A program made the position numbers and the translations under genes. A stretch of 64,000 bases of DNA from a virus: IMG/VR virus record IMGVR_UViG_3300043397_000067, positions 1 through 64,000 of that record; one strand, given 5' to 3'. Below are positions 36,326 through 46,623 of the stretch, in pieces. Position 1 is the stretch's first letter; each line of letters starts with the position of its first letter. The notes under the pieces were generated by a model. It had not been told where the DNA came from, made no database searches, and worked only from the letters and a program-made list of their open reading frames with translations.

Positions 36326-38098
36326 TTATTTAGCTCCTTCAAGCGCCTCAAGGCGGGCTGTAAGTTCTTGTATAGCTTTTACAAGTACTGGTATGAGGCT
36401 ACTCTCGTTGTACAAAAGTTTGTCTGGATTTTCATTATCTATAATAACTGCGTCATCCCCCTCAAGTGCAAGTACTTCCTGAGCCTTAAAGCCGTAGCGC
36501 TTGCCGCCTTGTGTATCCGTAGTGTCCCTAGATACTCTAAATCTGTAGCTTACAGGGCTAAGAGCTTTAACAAATTCAAGTCCATGCAGCACGGGTTGAA
36601 AGTCCGTTTTATCCCTTTCATCAGAAACTACGGTCCAAGCTACCTGAATATACGCATTAGTTGCCGCAGTGCTACCAAGCACTATACGGTTAGACTCCGT
36701 AGTTACGTTAAACACCGAGGTGCCCACACCCGAGGAAATCTCAATATTATTAGTACCACTTGTTGCGTTAATGAGGGCTTGGCTACCTATAGCCGTATGA
36801 ATACCAGATACTACGGAGTACAGGGCTTGGTAGCCGACTGCAGTGCAACTATTGGACGAACTAAGGTTTTGACCAGCTTGATAACCTACAGCAGTATTAA
36901 AACTGCTGTTAGTAGCATTAACAAGTGCCCCATAACCTATAGCCGTGTTGCTAGCGCCAACTGTGTTTGTCTGCAGTGCAGAATACCCCAGCGCAGTATT
37001 ACCGGAACCTGTAGTAAGTGCAGCCCCCGCCGATTTACCTACTAAAGTACAGGTACTCCCAGAAGTTAGTGCAAGTCCCGAGTTATGGCCGACAAGTGTG
37101 TTGTCAGAGCCTGTGTTTGTCGCTGAACTACCAGCATACGAACCTATAGCAGTATTTCTGGCGCCTGTGGCGTTATATAGAGAACTTACACCAACTGCTA
37201 CAATGCTACCGTTGCTATTAGCTACATTTAAAGCATTATAGCCTACAGCGACATTGTAGCCGCTAGCTAAAGAACCGCCGCTTTGGTAACCAACAGCGGT
37301 GTTTCCAAGTGCGCCAGACGTAGTGTACAGGCTACGATAACCTATAGCTACGTTAGCCTGACCAGAAGAGTTGCTAGCTAGGGTAGAGTTACCAACTGCT
37401 ACGTTCTCTGTACCAGAAGTGCTAGACTGCATAGCCGAGCTTCCAACTGCTACGTTGTTAGAAGCTGTAGTACTGGCGCTAAGAGCGAAAGAGCCAACAG
37501 ATACATTGTTGCTACCAGTGGTATTGGCAGAGCCGGAGTTACTGCCAGCAAATACGTTACTTCCGCCGGAGCTTATAGAACTACCCGCACTCAGGCCTAT
37601 AGACGTATTATTAGTGTTACTATTGTTACCAGAGCCTACAGTAATAGTACCCTTAACCTTGATATCACTATCACACACCATAGTGATACTAGTCGGAGAG
37701 ATAGTCCAACTATTAAATGTACCTGACCCACCAGTAAATGTTACGTTTACAATAAGTGTAGTAGATGAGTAAGAAGTTACAACACCTTTCATGTAGTTAT
37801 TTGCATCAGCAGCAATAACTACAGCCATACCAACAGCCCACAACTTGCCTGACTGCGTTGTAAAAGTCTTGGAGCCTGTACCGATGGCAGTGCTAGTAGT
37901 GCTGGAGCCGCTGTATCCGGGCAAGGCCAGCGCAGCAGCCGCACTGGCGGCAACGTCTGCATTAGTCTGCATGGCAATGGCAGTAGCATTCACCTCGGTC
38001 GTAAAGGTGCCAAGCGCAGCTACCCAAGCGTTAGCCTGCGTGGCAAAGTTTATTGGGTCGTCCCGTGTAGGTGCGGTTGGGAGTGCTGTAATCGTCAT
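36326..38098 (-). CDS. Tail fibre/spike with 14-aa N.AVG repeats and C-terminal S74 intramolecular chaperone
   Basis: NTAVG/NVAIG repeats; SDERDK...YGFKAQEV...LIPVLVKAIQEL. Confidence 0.88.
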   Translation of the reverse strand: MTITALPTAPTRDDPINFATQANAWVAALGTFTTEVNATAIAMQTNADVAASAAAALALPGYSGSSTTSTAIGTGSKTFTTQSGKLWAVGMAVVIAADANNYMKGVVTSYSSTTLIVNVTFTGGSGTFNSWTISPTSITMVCDSDIKVKGTITVGSGNNSNTNNTSIGLSAGSSISSGGSNVFAGSNSGSANTTGSNNVSVGSFALSASTTASNNVAVGSSAMQSSTSGTENVAVGNSTLASNSSGQANVAIGYRSLYTTSGALGNTAVGYQSGGSLASGYNVAVGYNALNVANSNGSIVAVGVSSLYNATGARNTAIGSYAGSSATNTGSDNTLVGHNSGLALTSGSTCTLVGKSAGAALTTGSGNTALGYSALQTNTVGASNTAIGYGALVNATNSSFNTAVGYQAGQNLSSSNSCTAVGYQALYSVVSGIHTAIGSQALINATSGTNNIEISSGVGTSVFNVTTESNRIVLGSTAATNAYIQVAWTVVSDERDKTDFQPVLHGLEFVKALSPVSYRFRVSRDTTDTQGGKRYGFKAQEVLALEGDDAVIIDNENPDKLLYNESSLIPVLVKAIQELTARLEALEGAK

Positions 38099-38985
38099 GT
38101 CAATCCTTCTATCTCAAGTGTACACATACTAGCAGAGAAATACTGTATGTCCATTGTGAAATCTCTGTAAAATCCAAATACGTTTAGTGACTGGTAGTTA
38201 CTGTCATCAGTACCCACCCACATGCAGGGTGTGGCTCTTAAGTCCGCAAGTACGCCGTAGACTCTATCGAAGTCTGTATTAAGCACCCACAGCTTAGTGT
38301 TTACTCTACTGCTAAAGCTACGCTTTACGAACGTAGTAACCCCGAACTCGTCAGTATTCTTTCTTGAGTAGTCGGTTATGCCAAGCGTTGTGCCATACTG
38401 AGCGCCGCCAATACTGGCTGCATTACCAAAGCTTACATTACCGATGGCCACCACTGCAAGCGGCGCAGCACTTACTTTAATGTCCATACTAGCATTAACA
38501 TACGAAGGCAAACCACCCAGTACAAGTGTATTAACTTGCGTAAAGGGTTCAAAGAAATATAGATACCAGTCTGTAATAACAGCCCGGTCAAGTGTAATGT
38601 CACCACTATCGTAAACAGTAGGTCCAGCTATTCCGTCTTTAATTACTACCCTTGCCTTAGTACCTGTAAGATTAACCAAAGCAAGTGAATCACAGTTTCC
38701 AGTAGCTACCTTAAACTCTATGTCACCCAGGTCTTCAGAAGCAGTGCTGACCTGTGGGTCAAATGCTGCCCACTTGTTAGATGGACCAAATACTGACCAC
38801 TGCGCTGGGCTTATATCGGGCTGATTACCCGTAGTAGATGTTGTAGCAGTATATATGTAGTTACCATACACTACCTTAGTCCCAGTAGTATAGGCAGTCA
38901 CAGCCGAGTATGTAGCGTACAGTTCCGTGGTGGAACTGTACTGAATCATACCTGCAACCATTGTTGTGGGTTTTATGACCTTCAT
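38095..38985 (-). CDS. Minor tail (tail tip) protein
   Basis: Directly after the tape measure; short CBM5/12-like Y..G..V.Y...Y.A....G..P....W segment. Confidence 0.65.
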   Translation of the reverse strand: MKVIKPTTMVAGMIQYSSTTELYATYSAVTAYTTGTKVVYGNYIYTATTSTTGNQPDISPAQWSVFGPSNKWAAFDPQVSTASEDLGDIEFKVATGNCDSLALVNLTGTKARVVIKDGIAGPTVYDSGDITLDRAVITDWYLYFFEPFTQVNTLVLGGLPSYVNASMDIKVSAAPLAVVAIGNVSFGNAASIGGAQYGTTLGITDYSRKNTDEFGVTTFVKRSFSSRVNTKLWVLNTDFDRVYGVLADLRATPCMWVGTDDSNYQSLNVFGFYRDFTMDIQYFSASMCTLEIEGLT

Positions 38986-41900
38986 ACTGCGTGTGTAGTT
39001 ATGGGTGTATCTGCATCATTACGTATCAGCAGACCGCGACCATCCCAGTCATTTTGGAGCTTCGCCATTTTAGCCGTGTGCGTAGCCGTTGCGCGGGTTT
39101 CATACCGCAGCAAGTCAATTTGGGCTATCAATTCCTTGATAAGTCCTGACACATTGCCGTCATCGGAGCCGCCAAGCATTGACTTGGTTTGCGACGCATT
39201 GTAGTACATTGCTGGCCCGGTAGCCTCAATCTCTGGCCCATCTTCACCAACAAGTCTATAACCACCTCTATGATAGCCCCCAGACGCAAAGGCTGGTATA
39301 GTCAAGGTGGGGTCTACAGCTTTAGCTGCAAACATAGCTTTATTAGCCAGCACGGAAACAGAAGCTAACCACTGTTCACGGGTAGCACTATTTTCTTTCA
39401 GTGCGGTGCTTATATCTGGCAGAGCGTCTGCAAGCTTTGTCAGGTATTCAGCTTGTGTAGTTCCAGACGTAGACAAAGCAAGTGTATAGTTCTTATCGAA
39501 CTGCCCTATTTGCTGCTGCAGCGTCAGCGCTGGAGAAGCGTCCTTCATGACTTTTTCAGCAGCCTGCATCAAGCTATCTGCACTAGATACTGCAGCACTG
39601 GTCATGTCGATGAAAGCAGAGCTAAGCTTGAGCAAACCACCATATACTGCTTGACCACTTTCAGTGGTAAGGTCCTGAGCCTCTACAAGCTGGCGGAATG
39701 CTTGCCGAGTCATTGGAACTGTACTGATACCCAACTTAGACAGCTCGGACGTAAATACGCTAAGCTTAGAGCTAGACTTATCAGTGTTGCTGTAGAATGC
39801 GTCAAAGTAGCCTCGTACTGCAGACTCAAACTCAGATTGAGAGCCTACTGCGTTGATTATGTTTTGAGCATACTGCGCACTCTGCATAGATGCAGAGTAC
39901 GTAGCCTTACCAAGCAGTAGCATAGCTGAGTTAACGCTATTCAGGCCGCCAGACAGCCGCGACAAAGTAGCAGAAGCAGTTTCACCTATCTGTGAGTACT
40001 CAGTAGTCCCAAGTATAAGCTGGGCCATAGCTTCTCCAGCACCCTCAAACGCAGACTTAATCTGAGCGTTTATCTGGTCACCATTAAGGCCGTCTGTTGC
40101 AAAAGCAAAGCTATGTGTGAAATTAACCAAGGCTTCTGCTGATGCACCAAGTGTAGTAGCCTGCAAAGCCGCCTGAGTCTTAACCAGTTGGAACTGGTTA
40201 GACAGCTGCTTTACTATACGTGGGTCAAGAGCGGAAGTGTCTCTCCCGCCTGAGCTAAACCAGCCACCCTCATAGTCTGTATAGCTATAGCCTGAGAAAC
40301 CGTCACCAGCGCCAAAGGTTCCGGCGATACCACTACCGTCGTATTTTTTGCCAAATGCACGGTTAAATAGGCCAGAAGCAATACCACCGATAGGCCCGAA
40401 CCACAGGGATACAGCAGTCCCAATAGCATCAGCAAAGTTACTGACCTTAAAGCCGCCGCTTATTGCATTTTTAAGTGATACACCTGCAGCAGCGCCGCCT
40501 ACAGCACCGAGTACTTGACCAAGCTGGGCACCTACCCCGGTTAGTTGGTAAGCGTTACCATCATAGTAGCTTACTCCAAGCTTTTCGCCCATGGAGTTAC
40601 CGGCAAGCTTAGTGAAACCATTAGCAATACTTGTAGACACGCCACTATTAAGAGCATCAAACACGCTCTTACCTGCGGACAGGGCGCTAAACGCGCTGCC
40701 CTTGCCAGTGCCCGCTCCTTGGGCCGCAGCAGCCGCGCCAGTGGGGTTCAGGGCCGTCGCAATGGTAGCGGCAAGGTCATTGATGATCGGGTCAAGGAAA
40801 AGGCGCAGCGGGGCCATCAGCGCCCGTTGAATCTGGTCACGCAGTTTCTTACCGGACTTGTCTCCTACACCGATGATAGCGTCGAACAGTGAGTCAGCTA
40901 TGTCTTTAGAGGTAGTCTTCCAAGACGTAGCAAGTTTCTGACGCTCAGCCTCAAGCTGGTCAGAGTCAAACTTAGCACCGGCAGTGCTGCCTGCCTTAGA
41001 GATATATGTAGCTTCATCCTTTGATAGCTTAGCAATTTCAGCTCTAAGCCTCTCAATCTCAAGGCCCTTACGTCTGTACATCTCAATGTACTCTGGGTTT
41101 CCACCACTAGAAGTGGCCAACTCATCGTACTTTGCCTGCTCAGCTGTAAGTTCAGTGATCTTAGTAGTAGTAGAAGCAATTCTATCAGAGAAATCCTCTT
41201 GTACTTTCATCTGAGCTTCAACTATAGCTACTGCTCTAGGTCCTTGCTTCTCCGCAGCAGCCCTTGCAGCCTCCACAGCCGAAGCTTTATTGACGCGCTT
41301 ACTGTAACTCTGCATCCACTCCTCATTAGCCTTAACCATACGGTTAATCTCACCAGTGGCTTCGTAGGTTTCATTAGCAAGCCTCTTCGTCTCGTCAGAC
41401 TGACGGGCAATGCTATCATCAATAATCTTACTAGCAGAGCTGTCGTATGCTTCCCCAAGCGCTGTCAAGCGTTCATTTAGATTGCTTTTCTTCTTTGGGT
41501 CTTTCTCTTTATCGTACTGGTCCCCAATAGCTTTATAAACGCTAGTGTACTCCTTATACAACTTATTAAGGCTGTCAGTCTCTATTTTGTCAGCTTCGTC
41601 ATTAAAACGCTTGATAGTAGCCGTTCTCTTAACATAAAACTCAACGTCGCTGAGTTCTTTAGCTTTATGAGCATAGCCGAGCATATCAAGCTCGTCTTGC
41701 ATGAGCTTTCTTTGTAGGCCAAGGTCTCTACTATAGGCAGCGTTTATCTTACCAGAGTTATCATAAATCCGACCCATGTCTTCATCAGTAGAAAGCATAC
41801 CAGTACCAGCTTCACGCTTGTTCCTAGCCTTTCTGGAAGCTTCAGACTGTATTTCATCCAACTTAGAAAGAGACTTTATACGCCCCGCATCGGCCAGCAG

Positions 41901-44900
41901 GGCGTTTACTTGACTCTCAGTTTCAGCCTTATACTTATCCAGTTCGTCCTTAGCCGTCTTAGCTAAACCCTCATTTACTCTATTATAGGCAGGACTTTGA
42001 TTGTTTTTTGCAAGCTTAGCTTTAAACTCTGCGTCTTTCCTAAGCTCATCTTCTACAGGCTGGCGCTTAGAGCGAAGTTCCTCAGCAGCCATGCGAACCT
42101 GTGCATTAGTTGCTTTATCAATCTCGCTAGCATAAAGGCTCCAAGCGTTAGTCTTGGCTTCTAGTCTCTCTATCTCTTTCTTAAAAGACTCGCTGGTATT
42201 CTTAAAGAACTCATCAGAGTTTTCTCTAGCCTTATCTAGTCCACTCTTTGCTTTATCTCCGAATAAAGTATAAGCAGTACCAGCTATTGTGAGTAGTACC
42301 CCAAGTGGGCCAAGTACTCCGAGTACCCGTGACAAAGCCGTCATGCCAAATGTGGCAGTAGCAGCGCTGGCTCCAAGTGTCTTAAGGCCTCCAGACAGGC
42401 CTTCGGCTACTACAGTTGTAGCCGCCATAGTGATACCCTTAGCTTTAATAGCATTAGCAAGCAGTGTAACCTGCGTAACCAAAGCCATTAACCCACCAGT
42501 AGCTACTAGCCCTAGCATCACCATCTTATAAGCAAGATAAGCCTTACCCAAACCTACAATAAGCTCGATATGGTCAGCAAGGACCTGACCAGCTCTGGTA
42601 ACAACGTCTATAAGCTCGGTAACAGCACCCACAAAACGATCAGAAGACAGTATATCTCCAAGGGTACGCATAAGCTTAGTAGCAGCGCCTTCTGATGCAC
42701 TAAAAGCTTTTACCAAGGAACGCTCTATATCCGCAGCCGTATCCTTAAATACGTAACCAAAAGCCTGCCGCTTTCCTATATCAGCAAGTACAGTAAACCC
42801 AGCTGCGTTATTAATTGCATCAGCAATCTTAGCAAACTCAGTTTGTACATCTTTGCCAGCAGCTGCAGCATTTTGAGCAAAAGCTATAAGATCAGCACTC
42901 ATAGACTTAAGGCCACGCTCATTGCCAAGTCGCTGCAGCAACTCAATTTGCTGGTCAAACCTAAGACCAGATAGCTTAGTCGTAAGCTGTCCAAGAATAT
43001 CTGGCAAACCCTTCATCTTATTATTCTGTAGGTCCCATACCTGAATACCAAACTCTTGAAGTGTTTTCTTACCCTTGGCAGTAGCTCCTGTCAATTCGAC
43101 GTACATCTGCCGCACAGCAGTACCGGCAGCACTTCCGGTAATACCAATATTAGCAAGTAGTGCCAGAGATGTAGCAACATCCCTAATATCTACACCGTAG
43201 GTCTGGGCAATTACTGACGAGGCCTTGAATGCCTCCGTCATGTTCTCAATACTAGCCATAGAGCTAGCAGCAGCAGCGCCAATAACGTCGGCTACAACAC
43301 CAAACTCTTTAGCCTTATATCCGAATGCACTACCAATAGCGACTAATGATTCTGCACTCTTTTCTATGTTTACGTTACCAACATTAGAGAATGCACGAAC
43401 TGTACTGAGAGCATCAAGCTGCTCCTTAGCATCCAAGCCTGCCAAAGCAAGTGAGCGCATACCCTTGGCCATCTCAAGTGGTCCAGCGGCACCATTAGCA
43501 GAGTCTACAGCAGCCGCTTTTAGCTTGGTCATGTCCTCCGCAGCAGTCCCTGCTACGTACTGTATGTCAGCGAATACAAGGCTCAGCTCCTTGCCTGCTT
43601 GGTAGGACTTGGCAATGCCGAAAGACAGGGCAGAACCAGCCAGCAGGGGGGCCATCTGACCCCAAGTGAGCCACAGCAAGCCAAAGCCCGACGCAAGGCC
43701 ACGGGCCGCGCTATGGGCTGTATTCATGTCGCCACCGAGTGACTTGAGGGCGTTGCTCAGGCTGAATAGTTTAGGTGTAACATCACCTGTGTTCTTTCCA
43801 AGAGTAGCCATAGCGCCAGCGAGTCGCTCTGTAGCCCCTGACTTAACGGCTTCCACCATGTCAGACCCAAACTTACCTACTGCTGCAGACTCTCCACCAC
43901 GAACTCCAAGCATACCCTGAGCAGATACCATCTTGCTAAGCAAAGCCTTAGCACCAGTAGTTTCGCCAGCTTTGATAGCTTGGTCTACAAGCGCTTGTTG
44001 ATGTCTGTAGTTAGCATTAAGCTCTCCCTGACGGTAAGACTCGTTTGCTGCCTTTTGTGCATTTCTGTACTGAGCTTTAGCTAGGGCTGCTGCATCATCC
44101 AGCCTTTTTTCGTGCTCCAAAATTTCTTTAGCAGCGGAAGCATCTAAAGCAATATTATCTGCCTTAGTTTTATCCCTACGAGCTTTATCCCTAGCGTCTA
44201 GGTCAGCAAGTCCGCTAGACGCCCTTGCTTTTGTAGCTGCCTCTAATCTTGCAAGCTCCTCCATACCAGCAGAACCCGGCTTAGAAACTTTAACGTAGTT
44301 AGAAGCCTGTTGTAGCTCTCTACCGCGAGCTGCTATGTTGTCAGAAATACCAGACGCAAGTGTTTTAGACTCTTGGTTAGCCTCCCTAAGTGCATCTCTA
44401 TATTCTCTGGCAGCTTTTACTGTAGCCTCTGCTATGAGTTTACGATTAACAGTATTCTGGTCCACAGCGTTTACTGAACCAGAGAGTTTTTCTACAGCCC
44501 CAGCTTTAACTGCTTCGACCATATCAGAGCCAAACTTCTTAGCAGCCGTTGACTCCCCTCCAGCTACGCCTAGCATACCCTGAGCGGATACCATTCTACC
44601 AAGCAGCGTTCTAGCGCCCGTGGTCTTACCCGCCTCTATAGCCTGATTTACTAGCGCCTGTTGGTGGGCAAAACTAGCATTAAGTTCCCCTTGGCGGTAT
44701 AGTTCATTAGCTACTTTTTGTGAATTTCTAAACTTAGACTTAGCTATAGCTAATGAGTCATCTAAAGCTCTCTCCTGCCCTTGTATCTGCATAGCAGCAG
44801 AAGCATCTAGTGCTTTACTTACTCTCTTATCTTCCTCCCTGCGAGCCTTTTCTTTATTACTCTGCCACGAGTTGAGGTTGTTAGTAGCATACTTAACACT

Positions 44901-45677
44901 CTCTGCATACTTAGCCTCCTCTGCAGCAGCAGCCGCATAAGTACTAGCTATCTCTGCCCGCTTTTGCTTATTTCTTTGCTTATCAATAAGGTCCCAAGCA
45001 GCCTCACGAGAGGCAGCAGCTTTATTAAGCTCTGCTTGTTCAGCAAGTAGAGCTTTAGAGGCTACTCCAGCCTCTTTCAAAGCGTCTCTGTAATCTCTAG
45101 CAGCCTTCACAGTAGCCTCTGCAATCAGCTTACGATCTACACCAAGCTCAGTACTGGCCCCAGCCACTGTCTCAGAAAGGTTTCCTTTCTTATCTCGTGG
45201 AAAACTTACGCGGCTAAATACGCCACCAGACAGCAGCGACTCGCCGTAGGAAGCAAGTGCTTGTGATCTTATACTTTTGTAAGAAGCTTCTTTTGCTCTG
45301 TCGTACTCATACTGTAGAGTTAGCTTAGCAGTACCCAAAGATTCTCTAAGAGTAGCAGTTATTTTCGCTATAGAGTTAGTAAGAGCGCCATTGGCCGAGC
45401 TACCTACATTCTCAATAAGCTTTGGATAACTACTTAATGCCTTAGCTACCTCCTGCATTGCAGAAGTACTATCCTTAGCTAAGCCCTGCAGCATAGTCTT
45501 AGCATCCCCAGTTCTCTTCTGGGAGGCCTCTATAAAAGCATCTAATTGGGCTTTTGCGGTATTTAGTTTTGCCCTGTTAAGCGCGCCTAAGCTAGCCGTC
45601 AACTCGTCTAAAGCTTTTGTAGCCTTATTCGTCTCGTTGATAGTCTGCGTAAAGCTTAACTGTAGATCGTCGCTCAT
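38982..45677 (-). CDS. Tail tape measure protein
   Basis: 2231 aa, Ala-rich helical, TP901-type core (LANIGITGSAAGTAVR), C-terminal FASGG...VGEDGPE; follows the chaperones. Confidence 0.93.
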   Translation of the reverse strand: MSDDLQLSFTQTINETNKATKALDELTASLGALNRAKLNTAKAQLDAFIEASQKRTGDAKTMLQGLAKDSTSAMQEVAKALSSYPKLIENVGSSANGALTNSIAKITATLRESLGTAKLTLQYEYDRAKEASYKSIRSQALASYGESLLSGGVFSRVSFPRDKKGNLSETVAGASTELGVDRKLIAEATVKAARDYRDALKEAGVASKALLAEQAELNKAAASREAAWDLIDKQRNKQKRAEIASTYAAAAAEEAKYAESVKYATNNLNSWQSNKEKARREEDKRVSKALDASAAMQIQGQERALDDSLAIAKSKFRNSQKVANELYRQGELNASFAHQQALVNQAIEAGKTTGARTLLGRMVSAQGMLGVAGGESTAAKKFGSDMVEAVKAGAVEKLSGSVNAVDQNTVNRKLIAEATVKAAREYRDALREANQESKTLASGISDNIAARGRELQQASNYVKVSKPGSAGMEELARLEAATKARASSGLADLDARDKARRDKTKADNIALDASAAKEILEHEKRLDDAAALAKAQYRNAQKAANESYRQGELNANYRHQQALVDQAIKAGETTGAKALLSKMVSAQGMLGVRGGESAAVGKFGSDMVEAVKSGATERLAGAMATLGKNTGDVTPKLFSLSNALKSLGGDMNTAHSAARGLASGFGLLWLTWGQMAPLLAGSALSFGIAKSYQAGKELSLVFADIQYVAGTAAEDMTKLKAAAVDSANGAAGPLEMAKGMRSLALAGLDAKEQLDALSTVRAFSNVGNVNIEKSAESLVAIGSAFGYKAKEFGVVADVIGAAAASSMASIENMTEAFKASSVIAQTYGVDIRDVATSLALLANIGITGSAAGTAVRQMYVELTGATAKGKKTLQEFGIQVWDLQNNKMKGLPDILGQLTTKLSGLRFDQQIELLQRLGNERGLKSMSADLIAFAQNAAAAGKDVQTEFAKIADAINNAAGFTVLADIGKRQAFGYVFKDTAADIERSLVKAFSASEGAATKLMRTLGDILSSDRFVGAVTELIDVVTRAGQVLADHIELIVGLGKAYLAYKMVMLGLVATGGLMALVTQVTLLANAIKAKGITMAATTVVAEGLSGGLKTLGASAATATFGMTALSRVLGVLGPLGVLLTIAGTAYTLFGDKAKSGLDKARENSDEFFKNTSESFKKEIERLEAKTNAWSLYASEIDKATNAQVRMAAEELRSKRQPVEDELRKDAEFKAKLAKNNQSPAYNRVNEGLAKTAKDELDKYKAETESQVNALLADAGRIKSLSKLDEIQSEASRKARNKREAGTGMLSTDEDMGRIYDNSGKINAAYSRDLGLQRKLMQDELDMLGYAHKAKELSDVEFYVKRTATIKRFNDEADKIETDSLNKLYKEYTSVYKAIGDQYDKEKDPKKKSNLNERLTALGEAYDSSASKIIDDSIARQSDETKRLANETYEATGEINRMVKANEEWMQSYSKRVNKASAVEAARAAAEKQGPRAVAIVEAQMKVQEDFSDRIASTTTKITELTAEQAKYDELATSSGGNPEYIEMYRRKGLEIERLRAEIAKLSKDEATYISKAGSTAGAKFDSDQLEAERQKLATSWKTTSKDIADSLFDAIIGVGDKSGKKLRDQIQRALMAPLRLFLDPIINDLAATIATALNPTGAAAAAQGAGTGKGSAFSALSAGKSVFDALNSGVSTSIANGFTKLAGNSMGEKLGVSYYDGNAYQLTGVGAQLGQVLGAVGGAAAGVSLKNAISGGFKVSNFADAIGTAVSLWFGPIGGIASGLFNRAFGKKYDGSGIAGTFGAGDGFSGYSYTDYEGGWFSSGGRDTSALDPRIVKQLSNQFQLVKTQAALQATTLGASAEALVNFTHSFAFATDGLNGDQINAQIKSAFEGAGEAMAQLILGTTEYSQIGETASATLSRLSGGLNSVNSAMLLLGKATYSASMQSAQYAQNIINAVGSQSEFESAVRGYFDAFYSNTDKSSSKLSVFTSELSKLGISTVPMTRQAFRQLVEAQDLTTESGQAVYGGLLKLSSAFIDMTSAAVSSADSLMQAAEKVMKDASPALTLQQQIGQFDKNYTLALSTSGTTQAEYLTKLADALPDISTALKENSATREQWLASVSVLANKAMFAAKAVDPTLTIPAFASGGYHRGGYRLVGEDGPEIEATGPAMYYNASQTKSMLGGSDDGNVSGLIKELIAQIDLLRYETRATATHTAKMAKLQNDWDGRGLLIRNDADTPITTHAV

Positions 45678-45720
45678 GGGTACTCCGGTAAAATCGCGTA
45701 GCGATTTTATCCCGGCCCAT

Positions 45721-45753
45721 AAGAAAAAGACCTCACGCGGAGGTCTTTTTCTT
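45721..45753 (-). terminator. Terminator-like hairpin over the chaperone stop
   Basis: AAGAAAAAGACCTC-N5-GAGGTCTTTTTCTT. Confidence 0.65.
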
Positions 45754-46098
45754 GCTGTCTTCTTGGAGTTTCCTATTCTTGGAGTACTCAGATAGCCATA
45801 TCATGTCTATTCTGTGTAACTCTTCCCATAAGTCTCCAATGTCTTCTTTAGTGAAGCCTTGCGCTATACACCAAAGAAATATCTCACTAAATGGTATCTC
45901 AGCAGGACCACCCATTGTGTAGTTTCTGCTGCCACTAAGCTCCTGCCAGATTTTATGGTAATACCGTAGATACTTTGGTATCTCCGGTATATTCCTTAAG
46001 CCATCTGGCGTATGTCCAAGTTGCTCTTGTATCTCAAGCAGGTCATTAAGTCTTTCTCCATACTTAAATTGCCACTCGAAATACAAACTTAGTTTTTT
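45733..46098 (-). CDS. Tail assembly chaperone, frameshift (gpGT-like) portion
   Basis: Reached by a -1 shift at A-AAA-AAC; W..LS..R....G...IP..EI..W pattern. Confidence 0.8.
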   Translation of the reverse strand, partial: KKLSLYFEWQFKYGERLNDLLEIQEQLGHTPDGLRNIPEIPKYLRYYHKIWQELSGSRNYTMGGPAEIPFSEIFLWCIAQGFTKEDIGDLWEELHRIDMIWLSEYSKNRKLQEDSKKKTSA

Positions 46099-46493
46099 TC
46101 GTCTTCTTCGTCTTTAACAGCTTTGAAGGTGTTCATGTCATCTGCAACGGATGACACAGCAGCGCGGAACTCCTCGTGAGCAAGTAGTTCCTTAACAAGG
46201 TCCTCGCTGTAGGTGAACTGCTTACCCTTGTAGGTAATCTCGCCTTCAAAGCCCAGCAAAATAGTCTTTGCCATAACATTGATGACAATCTCCTTTGCCT
46301 TGGCGTCCGCAGCATCGCCCTTGCTGTCCAGCACGGCGCGGTTTTGCTTTGCCAGCTTGTTCATCAGCTTAGCGTAGTTCTTGTTGCCTGCACGAGCGAT
46401 CAGCCACTTCGTATCGCCTGCGCCGGGAATCTGCGTCAGCGTACCTTTTTCTTGAGCTTCGGTATCGACTGCAAAAGCGTTAAACAAGTCCAT
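46089..46493 (-). CDS. Tail assembly chaperone (gpG-like)
   Basis: RBS TAAGGA before MDLFNAF; between tail tube and tape measure. Confidence 0.85.
   Translation of the reverse strand: MDLFNAFAVDTEAQEKGTLTQIPGAGDTKWLIARAGNKNYAKLMNKLAKQNRAVLDSKGDAADAKAKEIVINVMAKTILLGFEGEITYKGKQFTYSEDLVKELLAHEEFRAAVSSVADDMNTFKAVKDEEDEKN
46092..46098 (-). other. -1 programmed frameshift slippery site A AAA AAC
   Basis: GAA AAA AAC TAA in frame 0; the -1 frame continues K-L-S-L-Y-F-E-W. Confidence 0.85.
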
Positions 46494-46538
46494 TTGGTGT
46501 TCCTTAAAGTTGGTTGGTTGGAGGTCGTAATATAAACG

Positions 46539-46568
46539 AAAAAAGCCCGGTGGAGCTAACCACCGGGC
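46539..46568 (-). terminator. Rho-independent terminator after the tail tube gene
   Basis: GCCCGGTGG-N6-CCACCGGGC plus T6 on the minus strand. Confidence 0.8.
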
Positions 46569-46623
46569 AAATTTCACTTTCCCCAACCAACTGGTTGAGT
46601 AGTAGGGCTATACCATACTACTA

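Noticed and set aside
32768-38098. Diversity-generating retroelement or invertible fibre cassette
   Set aside because: No reverse transcriptase, invertase or template/variable repeat pair seen
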